A DNA stretch of 32,000 nt from Candidatus Saccharimonadota bacterium. Lineage in GTDB: Bacteria > Patescibacteriota > Saccharimonadia > Saccharimonadales > Saccharimonadaceae. Below the pieces are notes generated by a model, which was not told the DNA's origin, did not search any database, and saw only the letters and a program-made list of their open reading frames with translations. Of this stretch, positions 1 through 9,365 are shown piece after piece (position 1 is the stretch's first letter; each line of letters begins with the position of its first letter). Position numbers and translations under genes: made by a program. The stretch spans positions 30,001 through 62,000 of the forward strand of contig CP064995.1 of assembly GCA_016700015.1 (NCBI GenBank), in the 5' to 3' direction.

Positions 1-90
1 GTGACGGATGGCGGTGCTGACTACCGACTGGTGTTTGATACTGAGCGGCTGACGTGGACGCTTGTTATGGAGGCGGATCATGGCAATTAA
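1..90 (+). CDS. 3' end of an unidentified CDS entering from upstream (partial)
   Basis: Frame 1 is open from base 1 to TAA at 88-90 (VTDGGADYRLVFDTERLTWTLVMEADHGN*). No motif recognised. Absent from the ORF track because its start lies outside the window. Confidence 0.3.
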   Translation: MTDGGADYRLVFDTERLTWTLVMEADHGN

Positions 91-163
91 TCCTTTCTTT
101 TCTTTATTCTTGAAAAGAAACAAAAGAAACGACATCCTTTTGTGCGACAAAAGGATGCAAAAA
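89..163. repeat. Left arm of an imperfect inverted repeat bounding the 89-660 element
   Basis: AATCCTTTCTTTTCTTTATTC...AAACGACATCCTTTTG-TGCGA-CAAAAGGATGCAAAA visibly matches the reverse complement of 595-660 (AATCTCCTTCTTTTTATTTCG...AAACGACTCCTTTTG-AAG-CAAAAGGAGCAAAA), with several indels. The arm contains its own hairpins at 94-102/112-120 and 133-142/148-157. Confidence 0.7.
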
Positions 164-594
164 CATGGGGGTAGGCTTCGGTCCGCGGTGAGTTTCGCGC
201 TCAAAGTATCCGGTTGCCTGCGGAACTCGCGCCAACAGACGCCACTGTTGGGCTCAAACAGTCCTCGGCAAGCCGTATACTTTTCCCACTCTACTCCCGG
301 GGCCTGCAGATTACCCCCATACCCCCAGCCATATGTGCGGCTTTGCCGCAATCATATCATGAACCATGCGGTGCATGGTTCATGTGGGTCCAGGGAGCCA
401 GCTGGCCCAAGAATGAAATCAGCAAGCTCATGGAATCATTCACGAAACTTTGTCCGCAACCAACAATATCGACATTGTTGCGGACCGATCCCTTCAGGGT
501 CGTTGTTTCGTGACTATGAGCTTGCCGATTTCATACATGGCGCCAGGCGGATATCCTTGGTCGTGTTTGCTTCTTTGCTCGAAACAAAGAAGAG

Positions 595-660
595 TTTTGC
601 TCCTTTTGCTTCAAAAGGAGTCGTTTTTTGCTTCTTTAGCGAAATAAAAAGAAGGAGATT
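595..660. repeat. Right arm of the inverted repeat; it includes the Shine-Dalgarno of the downstream polymerase gene
   Basis: Reverse complement aligns to 89-163 (see left arm). Contains hairpin 600-607/613-620 and GAAGGAG at 651-657. Confidence 0.7.
600..637 (+). terminator. Rho-independent terminator-like hairpin just upstream of the polymerase gene
   Basis: CTCCTTTT-GCTTC-AAAAGGAG followed by TCGTTTTTTGCTTCTTT. Confidence 0.5.
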
Positions 661-663
661 TTT

Positions 664-1947
664 GTGTTGATAAAACACAATTATAATCCAAATCGGCCGC
701 TGGTGATGCATATCGACCTCAATAGCTGTTTTGCCACAGTCGAGCAGCAGGCCAGGCCGCTTCTGCGCGGTCGTCCAGTAGCGATCGTCAACCGCCGCAC
801 CGAGCATACCATGATTGTCACCTGTAGCTACGAGGCTAAGGCTATGGGTGTCAAGCTTGGCATGCGCCTGCGTGATGCTAAGAAGCTGTGTCCCGACCTG
901 ATCGGGCTCGAGAGCGATCCGCCCAAGTATCGGTACGTGTATCACAAGATGATGGCTATCATGCGTGATTACAGCCCAAGCTTTACGATGAAGAGTATCG
1001 ATGAGGGGGTGATTGACTTTGCCCAGGCACCGGCCAGTATGCGTGACCGCGATATGGTAGAAATTGCCAAAGAGATCAAGGGTCGTCTGCTAGGCGAAAT
1101 CGGTTGCTGGATGCGCTGCAACATTGGTATCGCACCAAACCGCTTCTTGGCTAAAACTGCTGCTGGGCTGAACAAACCTGACGGCCTGACAGTGATTAGT
1201 CACGAGAATTTGCGCGAAGTACTAGGTAAGATGGAGCTGCAAGATCTCACGGGCATCGCCGCGCGCAATGAACATCGACTCAATATGGTGGGGATTTATA
1301 CGCCACTGCAGTTTATTGATGCCGACCCGCAAATTCTACAAAAAGTGGTATTTAAGAGCATCTGTGGTTTGCAGTGGCATCAGCGTTTGCGGGGGTGGGA
1401 AGTTGACGATGTGAGTTATGACCTGAAAACTTGTGGGCGGCAGTACGTGCTTGAGAGCCGAGATCTGACGAAACAACAGGTGGCGCAGCGATTGCATCAT
1501 TTGGTCGAATCGGTGGGTGCCAAGCTGCGGAGTCAGGGTAAATGCGCGCGGGGTGTTGGCGTGTATGTACGGTTTTATGGTGCTGAAGGACTGGCTGAGA
1601 CAAACGGACGATGGGGAAGAAAGGGAAGCTATTGGCACGGCAAATACCTCGCTCCCCTGCCCTTTTACTCTGATACAGCGATTTGGGCGATTGCCAGCCA
1701 ACTGTTTCGTCATGCTCCGCCTGGCAGTATGCGCGAAATCGGTATTCATGTGTACCATTTACACGATGACTCTGGCGACCAGCTAAGTTTATTTGGCGAT
1801 GAGCTCGCGAAAGAACAGCACGTCGTATGGGCGATTGATGAGATTAATGCTCGCTACGGTGAACGCACCATTCACAGTGCCGACACATTGGGAACTGGCC
1901 ATTTCGTGAAACAAAAAATCCCCTTTGGCAGTACCCGCTATTTATAG
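664..1947 (+). CDS. Y-family DNA polymerase (UmuC/ImpB/DinB-like translesion polymerase)
   Basis: N-terminus MHIDLNSCFATVEQQARPLLRGRPVAIV matches the Y-family D-x-N/D...FaSvE palm motif, closer to UmuC D-V-N. GTG start is preceded by AGGAG at 653-657. 427 aa. Confidence 0.9.
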   Translation: MLIKHNYNPNRPLVMHIDLNSCFATVEQQARPLLRGRPVAIVNRRTEHTMIVTCSYEAKAMGVKLGMRLRDAKKLCPDLIGLESDPPKYRYVYHKMMAIMRDYSPSFTMKSIDEGVIDFAQAPASMRDRDMVEIAKEIKGRLLGEIGCWMRCNIGIAPNRFLAKTAAGLNKPDGLTVISHENLREVLGKMELQDLTGIAARNEHRLNMVGIYTPLQFIDADPQILQKVVFKSICGLQWHQRLRGWEVDDVSYDLKTCGRQYVLESRDLTKQQVAQRLHHLVESVGAKLRSQGKCARGVGVYVRFYGAEGLAETNGRWGRKGSYWHGKYLAPLPFYSDTAIWAIASQLFRHAPPGSMREIGIHVYHLHDDSGDQLSLFGDELAKEQHVVWAIDEINARYGERTIHSADTLGTGHFVKQKIPFGSTRYL

Positions 1948-1967
1948 CCAGATGCTATGATAGGACT

Positions 1968-2378
1968 ATGAAGAAAAGTCTTATGATTGTACTCCTAGCT
2001 ATAGTAGCCGGAGTGGCAATATGGATGGTGTGGGCCAATCGGCCTAAAGCCAGTCTTGTACAAACGATGAAACTAGCCGACGGTGCGCTGCTACTAGACG
2101 TACGCACAAGCGAAGAATACCAAGAAAAGCATGGTGAAAATGCACTTAATATTCCGCTCGCAGCTATCGGGCAAGGTGTTATGCCGCAGGTCGCTAAAGA
2201 TGCACCCATATACGTGTATTGTCGTAGCGGTAATCGTTCCGCAGAAGCCAGTGAGTTACTGCGAAAAGCCGGCTTTAAAAATGTAACAGACATTGGTGCC
2301 TACGAAAACCTAGCGCGCTATGGAATCAACAATGCAAAAATGGTTGCACCGAACCGGGGCCAACTAAAAGCTCCTTAA
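1968..2378 (+). CDS. Membrane-anchored rhodanese-domain sulfurtransferase
   Basis: N-terminal TM helix, LLLDVRTSEEY, and active-site loop YCRSGNRS typical of single-domain rhodaneses. Confidence 0.85.
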   Translation: MKKSLMIVLLAIVAGVAIWMVWANRPKASLVQTMKLADGALLLDVRTSEEYQEKHGENALNIPLAAIGQGVMPQVAKDAPIYVYCRSGNRSAEASELLRKAGFKNVTDIGAYENLARYGINNAKMVAPNRGQLKAP

Positions 2379-2466
2379 GAAACTTTAAGTACTCACTAAG
2401 TGCGCCTTAAGTATAAGGCGATAGTATGACACATAAGACAATACAGTCTTAGAAGGAGTACAAAGT

Positions 2467-2985
2467 ATGAAAAAACAACTCATTACCCTCGGCGCCATAG
2501 CTGCCATTGGCACAGCAGGACTTGTTGGCGTGGCATCGGCAAGCGCTGAATCGGGGAGTAAAACTACCAGCCCAATGAATAGCCTCGTGAAGGCTATTGC
2601 CGGCAAATTTAGTCTTAAAGAAGCAGATGTACAAGCGGTTGTTGACGCTAACCATACAGCTATGGAGCAGCAGCGTGAAGCTGACGTAAAAAATGAAATT
2701 GCACAGCTAGTGAAAGATGGCAAGCTAACACAGGCTCAAGCCGATGCCGTAAATGCTAAGCGCAGTGAGCTCGAAAAGCAGCGTGAGGCAAATCGTAGCA
2801 GTGACCAGAATCTCACCGAAGCAGAGCGTAAGACCAAAATGAACGAACATAAAACCGCACTCGACCAATGGATGAAAGACAATGGTATCGATGGCCAGTA
2901 TATTCGTTTGCTCATGGGCGGTCGTGGTCACGGGCATGGTGGTCACGGCGATGGCCCACACGCTGCAGCAGGCGTTGCTCAGTAA
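2467..2985 (+). CDS. Secreted helical protein with an LTxxQ-like motif and a C-terminal Gly/His-rich tail (hypothetical)
   Basis: Signal peptide MKKQLITLGAIAAIGTAGLVGVASASA, charged helical body (KLTQAQADAV, LTEAERK), tail GGRGHGHGGHGDGPH. SD GAAGGAG lies upstream and a terminator downstream. Confidence 0.7.
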   Translation: MKKQLITLGAIAAIGTAGLVGVASASAESGSKTTSPMNSLVKAIAGKFSLKEADVQAVVDANHTAMEQQREADVKNEIAQLVKDGKLTQAQADAVNAKRSELEKQREANRSSDQNLTEAERKTKMNEHKTALDQWMKDNGIDGQYIRLLMGGRGHGHGGHGDGPHAAAGVAQ

Positions 2986-3003
2986 AGTTCCCACTTCTTT
3001 CCT

Positions 3004-3036
3004 CATACCGCTCATTCCCAGAGCGGTATGTTTTAT
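3004..3036 (+). terminator. Rho-independent terminator
   Basis: CATACCGCTC (3004-3013), loop ATTCCCA, GAGCGGTATG (3021-3030), then TTTTAT. Confidence 0.8.
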
Positions 3037-3037
3037 A

Positions 3038-3901
3038 ATGAAAAGTATGAAATATCTTGTGGCAGTAAGCGGTGGGGTGGACAGCGTGGTACTGCTCGAC
3101 ATGCTAGCTCGTCGCGCGGCACAAGAACCATCGATGAAGTTGATAGTTGCCCATGTTGACCACGGTATTCGCGACGACAGCGCGGCTGACGCGCAGTTTG
3201 TGGCTGAACTCGCCAAGCGCTATCACCTACCGTTTATCAGCAAACGCTTTGAACTTGGACCCTCCGCGAGCGAAGATCGGGCGAGGCAGGTGCGCTATGA
3301 GTTTTTATTTGAACAGGCGTCTTTGTTTGATGCTAAGGTTGTGACGGCGCATCATCAGGGTGATGTGGTCGAGACCATCGCAATCAATTTGGCGCGCGGT
3401 ACGGGCTGGCGAGGCTTGGCAGTACTCAATCGGCCGGGAATGTGGCGCCCGCTACTTGCTTTGTCAAAATCTAAACTCTACGACTATGCACTCGTTCATC
3501 GACTCGAATGGGTTGAAGATAGTACAAATGCCTCTGATCGCTATCAGCGCAATCGACTGCGCCAATCGATGAACACGCAGCTCGGCGCTAGTAACCGCAT
3601 TCAATTAGCTGAACTGCGACTGCGCCAACTGCAGCTTGGTAAGGCAATTGAGCACGAAACCGAAAGATTACTAGCGGCCCATTCCGGTTCACGACACTTT
3701 CTGACCCAAGTCGATGCCACAGTTGCGCTTGAACTCCTTGGCAGCGATATTAAGCAGCAAACCGGCCTGCGCCCAACTCGGCCACAGCTCGTCGGAGCGC
3801 TTCACGCTGTGAAAACTGCCGCCTCTCGAACAACCCATCAAGTGGGGAGCGGTATCGAGTTAACATTCAGTGCTCGAAAATACATCGTTCAAGTAGTATA
3901 A
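3038..3901 (+). CDS. tilS: tRNA(Ile)-lysidine synthase
   Basis: PP-loop motif VAVSGGVDS immediately after the start, then HVDHGIR and TAHHQGD. The track ORF from 2882 is an upstream over-extension overlapping the terminator. The start may be ATG 3047 instead (TATAAT at 3034-3039 plus 7 nt). Confidence 0.9.
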   Translation: MKSMKYLVAVSGGVDSVVLLDMLARRAAQEPSMKLIVAHVDHGIRDDSAADAQFVAELAKRYHLPFISKRFELGPSASEDRARQVRYEFLFEQASLFDAKVVTAHHQGDVVETIAINLARGTGWRGLAVLNRPGMWRPLLALSKSKLYDYALVHRLEWVEDSTNASDRYQRNRLRQSMNTQLGASNRIQLAELRLRQLQLGKAIEHETERLLAAHSGSRHFLTQVDATVALELLGSDIKQQTGLRPTRPQLVGALHAVKTAASRTTHQVGSGIELTFSARKYIVQVV

Positions 3902-3955
3902 TTATAGAGATAGATTACTAGAAAGCTGTTTGAAACCAGAAAGGTATACTGATTC

Positions 3956-5824
3956 ATGGTAAAACGACCCTCAGGAAAAGTAAGTAACACACTACGACTG
4001 ACGTTATTTTGGGCAGTACTTTTGCTCTCTACTCTTGGGGTATGGGCGATCGCCATGCCGCACCAAACGCTTAAGGACGTGCCAGTGTCACAAGTCATTC
4101 AAGACGTTAACGCGGGCAAGGTCGACAAGATTCAAGGCACCGGTGATGAGCTGATGATCACGAAAAAGGGCGAGAGCAAACCTACCGAAAAGTCCTACAT
4201 CAAGGGCGGTGTTACTGCGATGCTCAAAGACGATTTGGTGGACAAAAGCAAGTTTACGTATAGCGACGCTGCACCGTCTGACACTGGTAATACCATATGG
4301 AATCTAGCTTCTATCATTGTGCCAGTATTGCTGATTGCTGGGTTCTTTATGTTTATGATGCGCCAGGCACAAGGGCAGAATAACCAGGCGATGAGTTTTG
4401 GCAAGAGCAAGGCCAAGCTTTATGGACTCGACAAAGAACGGGTGACATTTGAAGATGTGGCCGGAAATGACAATGCTAAGCAGGACCTTGAAGAAGTTGT
4501 CGATTTCTTAAAACATCCGAAAAAATATGAATCACTTGGCGCTAAAATTCCTAAAGGCGTATTGCTCGTCGGCAACCCTGGTACTGGTAAGACAATGCTT
4601 GCCCGTGCTGTCGCCGGTGAAGCTAATGTGCCGTTTTTCAGTATCTCAGGTAGCGAATTTGTAGAGATGTTTGTTGGTGTTGGTGCAAGCCGCGTGCGCG
4701 ATTTGTTCACAAAGGCTAAAAAGAACGCACCGGCTATTATATTTATCGACGAGATTGATGCTGTCGGCCGCAAGCGTGGTAGTGGGATGGGTGGTGGTCA
4801 TGATGAACGTGAACAAACGCTCAACCAGATTTTAGTAGAGATGGACGGATTTGAAACCGGCACCAATGTTATTGTGTTGGCAGCAACCAATCGCGCTGAC
4901 GTGCTCGACCCCGCCCTTCTGCGACCCGGCCGCTTTGACCGTCATGTCACGATTACACTGCCCGAGCGTAAAGATCGTGAAGCAATTTTAAAAGTGCATT
5001 TTAAGAACAAGCCAACCGACAACACAGTTGACCTCGACAAGCTAGCAGCAAAAACTGCCGGCAGCAGTGGTGCAGACCTTGCCAATATCGCCAATGAGGC
5101 GGCGATCATCGCCGCTCGTCGCAACGCCAAAAATATCACTGGCAAAGACCTCACCGAAGCATTTGAGAAAGTCGCCATTGGTCCAGAGCGTAAAGCAAAA
5201 GTGATGAACGAAAGAGAAAAAGAGATGACCGCCTACCATGAAGCCGGTCATGCCATTGTTGGCCATGTGCTTCCAGACAGCGATCCAGTACATAAGGTGA
5301 CGATTATTCCGCGCGGTGCTACGGGTGGCGTGACCTGGTTCTTGCCGCCTGAAGATAAAAATTACACCAATGTCTATGAGTTCAAAGACATTCTGGCGCG
5401 GGCTATGGGTGGTCGTATTGCTGAAAAGATTATTTATGGTGCAGACGGCATAACGACTGGGGCCGGAAGTGATCTACGTAAAGCCACCGAAATCGCTCGT
5501 GATATGATCATTGAACAGGGCATGGGTAGCAAACTGCGTGACCAAGTATTTCACGAAGATGCCGGTGGCATGGTATTCGAAAAGATTACTCATGAGCGAC
5601 CCTATAGTGATGCAACTGCCCAAGAGATCGATAATGAAGTCGAAGCCCTCATAAAAGAAGCTGCAAAACGTGCGGAGTTGGTGCTGACTAAAAATCGCGA
5701 CACACTCGAGCGCCTGAAAAACGCATTGCTTGAAGCCGAAACACTGGAAGAAGAGGAGGCGGCCAAACTGATGATCGATACCGTCTTGCCTGAGGGTGCA
5801 AAACTTCACGGGGCAAAAGCCTAG
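3956..5824 (+). CDS. ftsH: ATP-dependent zinc metalloprotease FtsH
   Basis: Two N-terminal TM segments, Walker A GNPGTGKT, Walker [12 protein letters not shown] region, zinc site HEAGHA. Confidence 0.97.
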   Translation: MVKRPSGKVSNTLRLTLFWAVLLLSTLGVWAIAMPHQTLKDVPVSQVIQDVNAGKVDKIQGTGDELMITKKGESKPTEKSYIKGGVTAMLKDDLVDKSKFTYSDAAPSDTGNTIWNLASIIVPVLLIAGFFMFMMRQAQGQNNQAMSFGKSKAKLYGLDKERVTFEDVAGNDNAKQDLEEVVDFLKHPKKYESLGAKIPKGVLLVGNPGTGKTMLARAVAGEANVPFFSISGSEFVEMFVGVGASRVRDLFTKAKKNAPAIIFIDEIDAVGRKRGSGMGGGHDEREQTLNQILVEMDGFETGTNVIVLAATNRADVLDPALLRPGRFDRHVTITLPERKDREAILKVHFKNKPTDNTVDLDKLAAKTAGSSGADLANIANEAAIIAARRNAKNITGKDLTEAFEKVAIGPERKAKVMNEREKEMTAYHEAGHAIVGHVLPDSDPVHKVTIIPRGATGGVTWFLPPEDKNYTNVYEFKDILARAMGGRIAEKIIYGADGITTGAGSDLRKATEIARDMIIEQGMGSKLRDQVFHEDAGGMVFEKITHERPYSDATAQEIDNEVEALIKEAAKRAELVLTKNRDTLERLKNALLEAETLEEEEAAKLMIDTVLPEGAKLHGAKA

Positions 5825-5831
5825 GGCACGT

Positions 5832-7457
5832 ATGGCGGAAAACCGCGTACGATCAGTCGTCGCTAAGGCAAACCAGAAGCTATCCATTCAGTGGGCGGCT
5901 TTGCTGTTATCGGCTAGTACACTGATTTCGTCACTGCTTGGTATCTACCGTGACCGTTTACTTAATGGACTTTACCTCGACAGCTATCCAGTCGGGATCG
6001 ATGCCTATACTGTCGCATTCACCATACCTGACTTTATGTTTTTCATTTTGGTATCGGGTGCACTCAGTGTGACGTTTATCCCAGTGTTCAATCAGCGGCT
6101 CGGTACAGGAAATCGCAAATCAGCCTGGGAGCTTAGTTCGAGTCTGATCAATTTTATGGCACTTGTAACTTTAATTGCGAGTATATTGATCATTATTTTT
6201 GCCGAACCACTTGTTCGATATGTAGTTGGACCAGGACTCGACGAAAGTGGTCGTGGCTTAGCGGTCAGTATGATGCGTATTATTGCTGTCAACCCATTCT
6301 TGTTCGCAGTGGCGACGGTGATTGCAAGTATGCAGCAGGCTGTTGGGCGGTTTACATTTTATGCACTCGCGCCAACGATCTATAACATAGGTATCATTAT
6401 CGGTGCCCAGTTCTTCACTGAGGGCATTAACATGTTTGGCTGGCAGGTATTTGACGGCGGTATTATGGGTGTCGCACTGGGAGTAGTATTAGGATCAGTT
6501 ATGCAGCTAGTTGTTAGCTCGATTGGGTTGATAGGGCTTGGGTTTGACTATGAGATGAAAATCAAATGGAAAAACCAAGGTTTCCGACAAGTATTACGGC
6601 TACTGCCGGCACGTTCACTGGATCAGGGGATTGATTATGTGAATGGATTGGTAGAAACAAACCTCGCTTCCCATATGGCAGATGGTACCATTCGTGCCTA
6701 CCAGCAAGCGCTTTCGCTGAGTCTTATGCCGGTGAGTTTAATCGGAGTAGCAATCAGTAATGCCGCCTTTCCGCGCATGACTGAGCGACTAGGGCAGGGG
6801 CGACCCGATCTCTTTCGTCGTGAGCTACTATCGATACTACGCTGGATTGTTTGGCTAACGCTGCCCGTTGTTACCATAACTTTCTTTGCGCGCGGATTTA
6901 TTGTCAGTTTCATTAAGAATGGAGGCAATGCACTTATTGCGGGATTGCTTGGAGCACTCGTATTGTCCATACTGTTTCGCACGATATATCATATTGCGGC
7001 GCGCGCATTTTATGCTCAGCAAGACACGCGCACCCCACTATACGTGTCAATTTTCTCCATCGCTCTTAATATTGGACTTGCTGTCACCTTCACGAGCGTA
7101 CTCGGCTGGGGAGTAAACGGGTTAGCATGGGCACAGTCACTGGTGGCATTGGTGGAAGTTCTGATTTTGTGTAGTATATTAGCCGTACGGATCCCTAAGT
7201 TATTTCACCGGAAGTTTTGGCACGCGATTATGCGCATGATAGCAGCAAGCGCACTGATGGCGCTTATCACATATGGTAGCGTGCTACTGTTCCAGCTACA
7301 GAGCAGCGATATGACATTCTTCTCGACATTTCCAAAGTTCGGTGTGATCGTTGCCGTCAGTTTCGCGACGTATGTAGGATTGTCGAAGCTCTTTCACCTC
7401 ACTGAGGCCGATCCGGTGATTCGGCGCGTAAATGCACTACTATTCGGGAAGAAATAA
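5832..7457 (+). CDS. murJ: Lipid II flippase MurJ (MviN family)
   Basis: Polytopic membrane protein. N-terminal LSASTLISSLLGIYRDRLL, FTIPDFMFFILVSGALSVTFIPVF and ALSLSLMPVSLIGVAISNAAFPRM are typical MurJ blocks. Start chosen at ATG 5832, after the ftsH stop. Confidence 0.9.
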   Translation: MAENRVRSVVAKANQKLSIQWAALLLSASTLISSLLGIYRDRLLNGLYLDSYPVGIDAYTVAFTIPDFMFFILVSGALSVTFIPVFNQRLGTGNRKSAWELSSSLINFMALVTLIASILIIIFAEPLVRYVVGPGLDESGRGLAVSMMRIIAVNPFLFAVATVIASMQQAVGRFTFYALAPTIYNIGIIIGAQFFTEGINMFGWQVFDGGIMGVALGVVLGSVMQLVVSSIGLIGLGFDYEMKIKWKNQGFRQVLRLLPARSLDQGIDYVNGLVETNLASHMADGTIRAYQQALSLSLMPVSLIGVAISNAAFPRMTERLGQGRPDLFRRELLSILRWIVWLTLPVVTITFFARGFIVSFIKNGGNALIAGLLGALVLSILFRTIYHIAARAFYAQQDTRTPLYVSIFSIALNIGLAVTFTSVLGWGVNGLAWAQSLVALVEVLILCSILAVRIPKLFHRKFWHAIMRMIAASALMALITYGSVLLFQLQSSDMTFFSTFPKFGVIVAVSFATYVGLSKLFHLTEADPVIRRVNALLFGKK

Positions 7458-7458
7458 T

Positions 7459-9246
7459 ATGAGTGAGTTCATCAGAAATTTTTGTATTATTGCTCATATC
7501 GACCACGGTAAAAGTACGCTCGCCGATAGGATGATGGAAATTACGCACACGGTAGAAAAACGCGACATGAAAAGTCAATTGCTTGATAGCATGGAACTAG
7601 AGCGCGAAAAGGGAATTACCATTAAGCTCGCGCCGGTACGTATGCAGTGGCAGGGTTACGACCTCAACCTGATTGACACGCCGGGGCATGTGGACTTCAG
7701 CTACGAAGTGTCACGCAGCCTGCAGGCATGCGAGGGTGCAGTGCTGGTAGTTGATGCGAGTCAAGGTATTCAAGCGCAGACATTAGCTAATGTATACTTG
7801 GCACTTGAGCAAGATCTTGTCATCATTCCGGTGCTCAATAAAGTTGATTTACCGGCTGCCGATGTAGAGCGAGTGAGTAAGGAAGTGATTAATCTGCTTG
7901 GTTGCCACCAAGACGATATCATTAAAATTTCGGCCAAGACCGGCCAGGGAGTCGAAGCGGTGCTTGCGGCGATTGTCGAACAAGTTACCCCGCCTAAAGG
8001 TGATACATCGGCACCAACGAGAGCACTGATTTTTGACAGTTACTACGACGACTACCGCGGGGTCATACTGTATGTTCGTGTCGTGGATGGTGCGATTAAA
8101 AAAGGCCAGCGCATTGATATGTTGGCAACAGGTGCGCACGGCATCGCGCTGGAAGTCGGGCACCTTAGCCCCAGTATGCAGCCCGATCCTGAGATTGCGA
8201 CAGGCGAGATTGGTTATATCGTGACTAACCTCAAAACAACGCGCGATGCGCGAGTTGGTGATACAGTGATGATTAAATCAGTCGCCGCCGTCCATACAAC
8301 CATTGTAGCACTGCCCGGCTATAAGCATGTGCAGCCGTTTGTGTATGCTGGGTTCTTCCCTGTCAGCAACGAGGATTACAATGAGCTTAAAGAAGCAATC
8401 GAAAAGTTAGCACTGAGTGATAGTGCGCTTCAGTTCGAACCAGAGAATTCACCAGTGTTAGGGTTTGGGGTGCGGATTGGGTTTTTGGGCCTACTCCATA
8501 TGGACATTGTGCGCGAGCGACTGGAGCGTGAATATAATCTCGACTTAGTCGTGACTAACCCAAGTACCGACTACCAAGTAACGATGACAAACGGCGAAGA
8601 GTTAGACATCAAAAGCGCTTCGAGCCTACCTGATCGCGCTCAGATTGCCGAAATTCGCGAGCCGTGGATTCGCGGCGAAATTGTGGTACCGCAGGAGTAT
8701 GTCGGTGCGGTCATCCAGCTGATTGTTGGCAAACGAGGGCGGCAGAAAAACCTTAGTTATATTGATGAGCGGGCACTCGTGAGCTTTGAAGCGCCACTGG
8801 CAAATTTGCTGACTGACTTCTACGATCAGCTCAAAAGTGTTACCAGTGGCTACGGTAGCTTTAACTATGAACTCGATGATTATCGCGCTGAAGATCTAGT
8901 GCGTGTCGACTTTTATGTTGGTGGCGAGATGGTTGATGCGCTCAGTGTGATGTGCCACCGCAGTGAGTCGATGGCACTGGGTCGTGAGGTCACTACAAAA
9001 CTCAAGGAAGTGGTGCCGCGCCAGAGCTTTGAAGTGGCGCTGCAGGCAGCCATTGGCGGCAAATTTATCGCCCGTGAAACCATTGGCGCCTACCGTAAAG
9101 ACGTGACGGGCTATCTGTATGGCGGTGACGTTAGCCGCAAGAAGAAACTCCTCGCGAAGCAGGCAAAAGGCAAAAAACGCATGAAAAGGTTTGGCAAAGT
9201 CGACATACCTTCAGAGGCCTTTACCGTTATGCTCAAACGTGACTAA
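7459..9246 (+). CDS. lepA: Translation elongation factor 4 (LepA)
   Basis: IRNFCIIAHIDHGKSTLADR G1 motif, DTPGHVDF, NKVD, and the characteristic C-terminal GKKRMKRFGKVDIPSEAF. Confidence 0.97.
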   Translation: MSEFIRNFCIIAHIDHGKSTLADRMMEITHTVEKRDMKSQLLDSMELEREKGITIKLAPVRMQWQGYDLNLIDTPGHVDFSYEVSRSLQACEGAVLVVDASQGIQAQTLANVYLALEQDLVIIPVLNKVDLPAADVERVSKEVINLLGCHQDDIIKISAKTGQGVEAVLAAIVEQVTPPKGDTSAPTRALIFDSYYDDYRGVILYVRVVDGAIKKGQRIDMLATGAHGIALEVGHLSPSMQPDPEIATGEIGYIVTNLKTTRDARVGDTVMIKSVAAVHTTIVALPGYKHVQPFVYAGFFPVSNEDYNELKEAIEKLALSDSALQFEPENSPVLGFGVRIGFLGLLHMDIVRERLEREYNLDLVVTNPSTDYQVTMTNGEELDIKSASSLPDRAQIAEIREPWIRGEIVVPQEYVGAVIQLIVGKRGRQKNLSYIDERALVSFEAPLANLLTDFYDQLKSVTSGYGSFNYELDDYRAEDLVRVDFYVGGEMVDALSVMCHRSESMALGREVTTKLKEVVPRQSFEVALQAAIGGKFIARETIGAYRKDVTGYLYGGDVSRKKKLLAKQAKGKKRMKRFGKVDIPSEAFTVMLKRD

Positions 9247-9365
9247 TACGCGCGCCCAAACCGTTTCATTGTCGTGAGAGATCACGACACTTCAGGGGGA
9301 GGAGCGTTGTTTGTGAATTGACTTCACGAACAAGTGGAGGGGCCCCGTCCCTCCCACAGAGGTTG

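Larger units (their letters stand above)
89..660 (+). ncRNA. Candidate large structured RNA or MITE-like element (family not recognised, strand uncertain)
   Basis: Perfect or near-perfect helices: 165-173/312-320, 232-238/245-251, 336-341/345-350, 358-369/373-384, 415-431/516-532 (one A-C mismatch), nested 441-448/505-512 and 452-460/477-485, and 570-577/585-592. A + strand terminator-like hairpin at 600-620 is followed by TCGTTTTTTGCTTCTTT. The 133-157 hairpin is followed by a T-rich run on the - strand. Confidence 0.4.

Noticed and set aside
160-600. Tested the structured core by eye for RNase P, tmRNA, SRP, 6S and cobalamin-riboswitch hallmarks
   Set aside because: Only short partial resemblances were found, such as CTGGCCCAAGAATGAAATC versus the RNase P GGCCUAGAUGAAUG region, GCCACTG as a B12-box-like heptamer, and GGTCCAGGGAGCCAGC versus SRP helix 8. 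The partner motifs are absent on both strands: GAGGAAAGUCC and ACAGAA..CGGCUUA, the tmRNA GGGG...UCCACCA ends, and the GGAA tetraloop helix.
62-670. 202-aa ORF spanning the whole intergenic region upstream of the polymerase gene
   Set aside because: The translation is Cys/Arg/His/Ser-rich with no recognisable motif. It runs straight through the inverted-repeat arms and every perfect hairpin, has no SD, and begins inside the upstream CDS. I treat the region as RNA or a mobile-element candidate. A protein-homology search would be needed to overturn this.
2882-3037. N-terminal over-extensions in the ORF track (2882, 5796, 7432, 10086, 10933, 11504, 16484, 28194)
   Set aside because: Each extension overlaps the preceding gene, a terminator or a CIRCE/promoter. 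A conserved family N-terminus begins at an internal ATG with either an SD or a TATACT box, and those internal starts were used.
9336-9352. TGGAGGGGCCCCGTCCC in the lepA spacer resembles the tRNA-Lys 3' end (TGGAGGGCCCACCGAGG at 24229), a possible att pair
   Set aside because: The similarity is only about 10 nt and includes indels. The 15 kb in between holds core genes (hrcA, grpE, dnaK, dnaJ), not island cargo, and there is no integrase. It is most likely chance.
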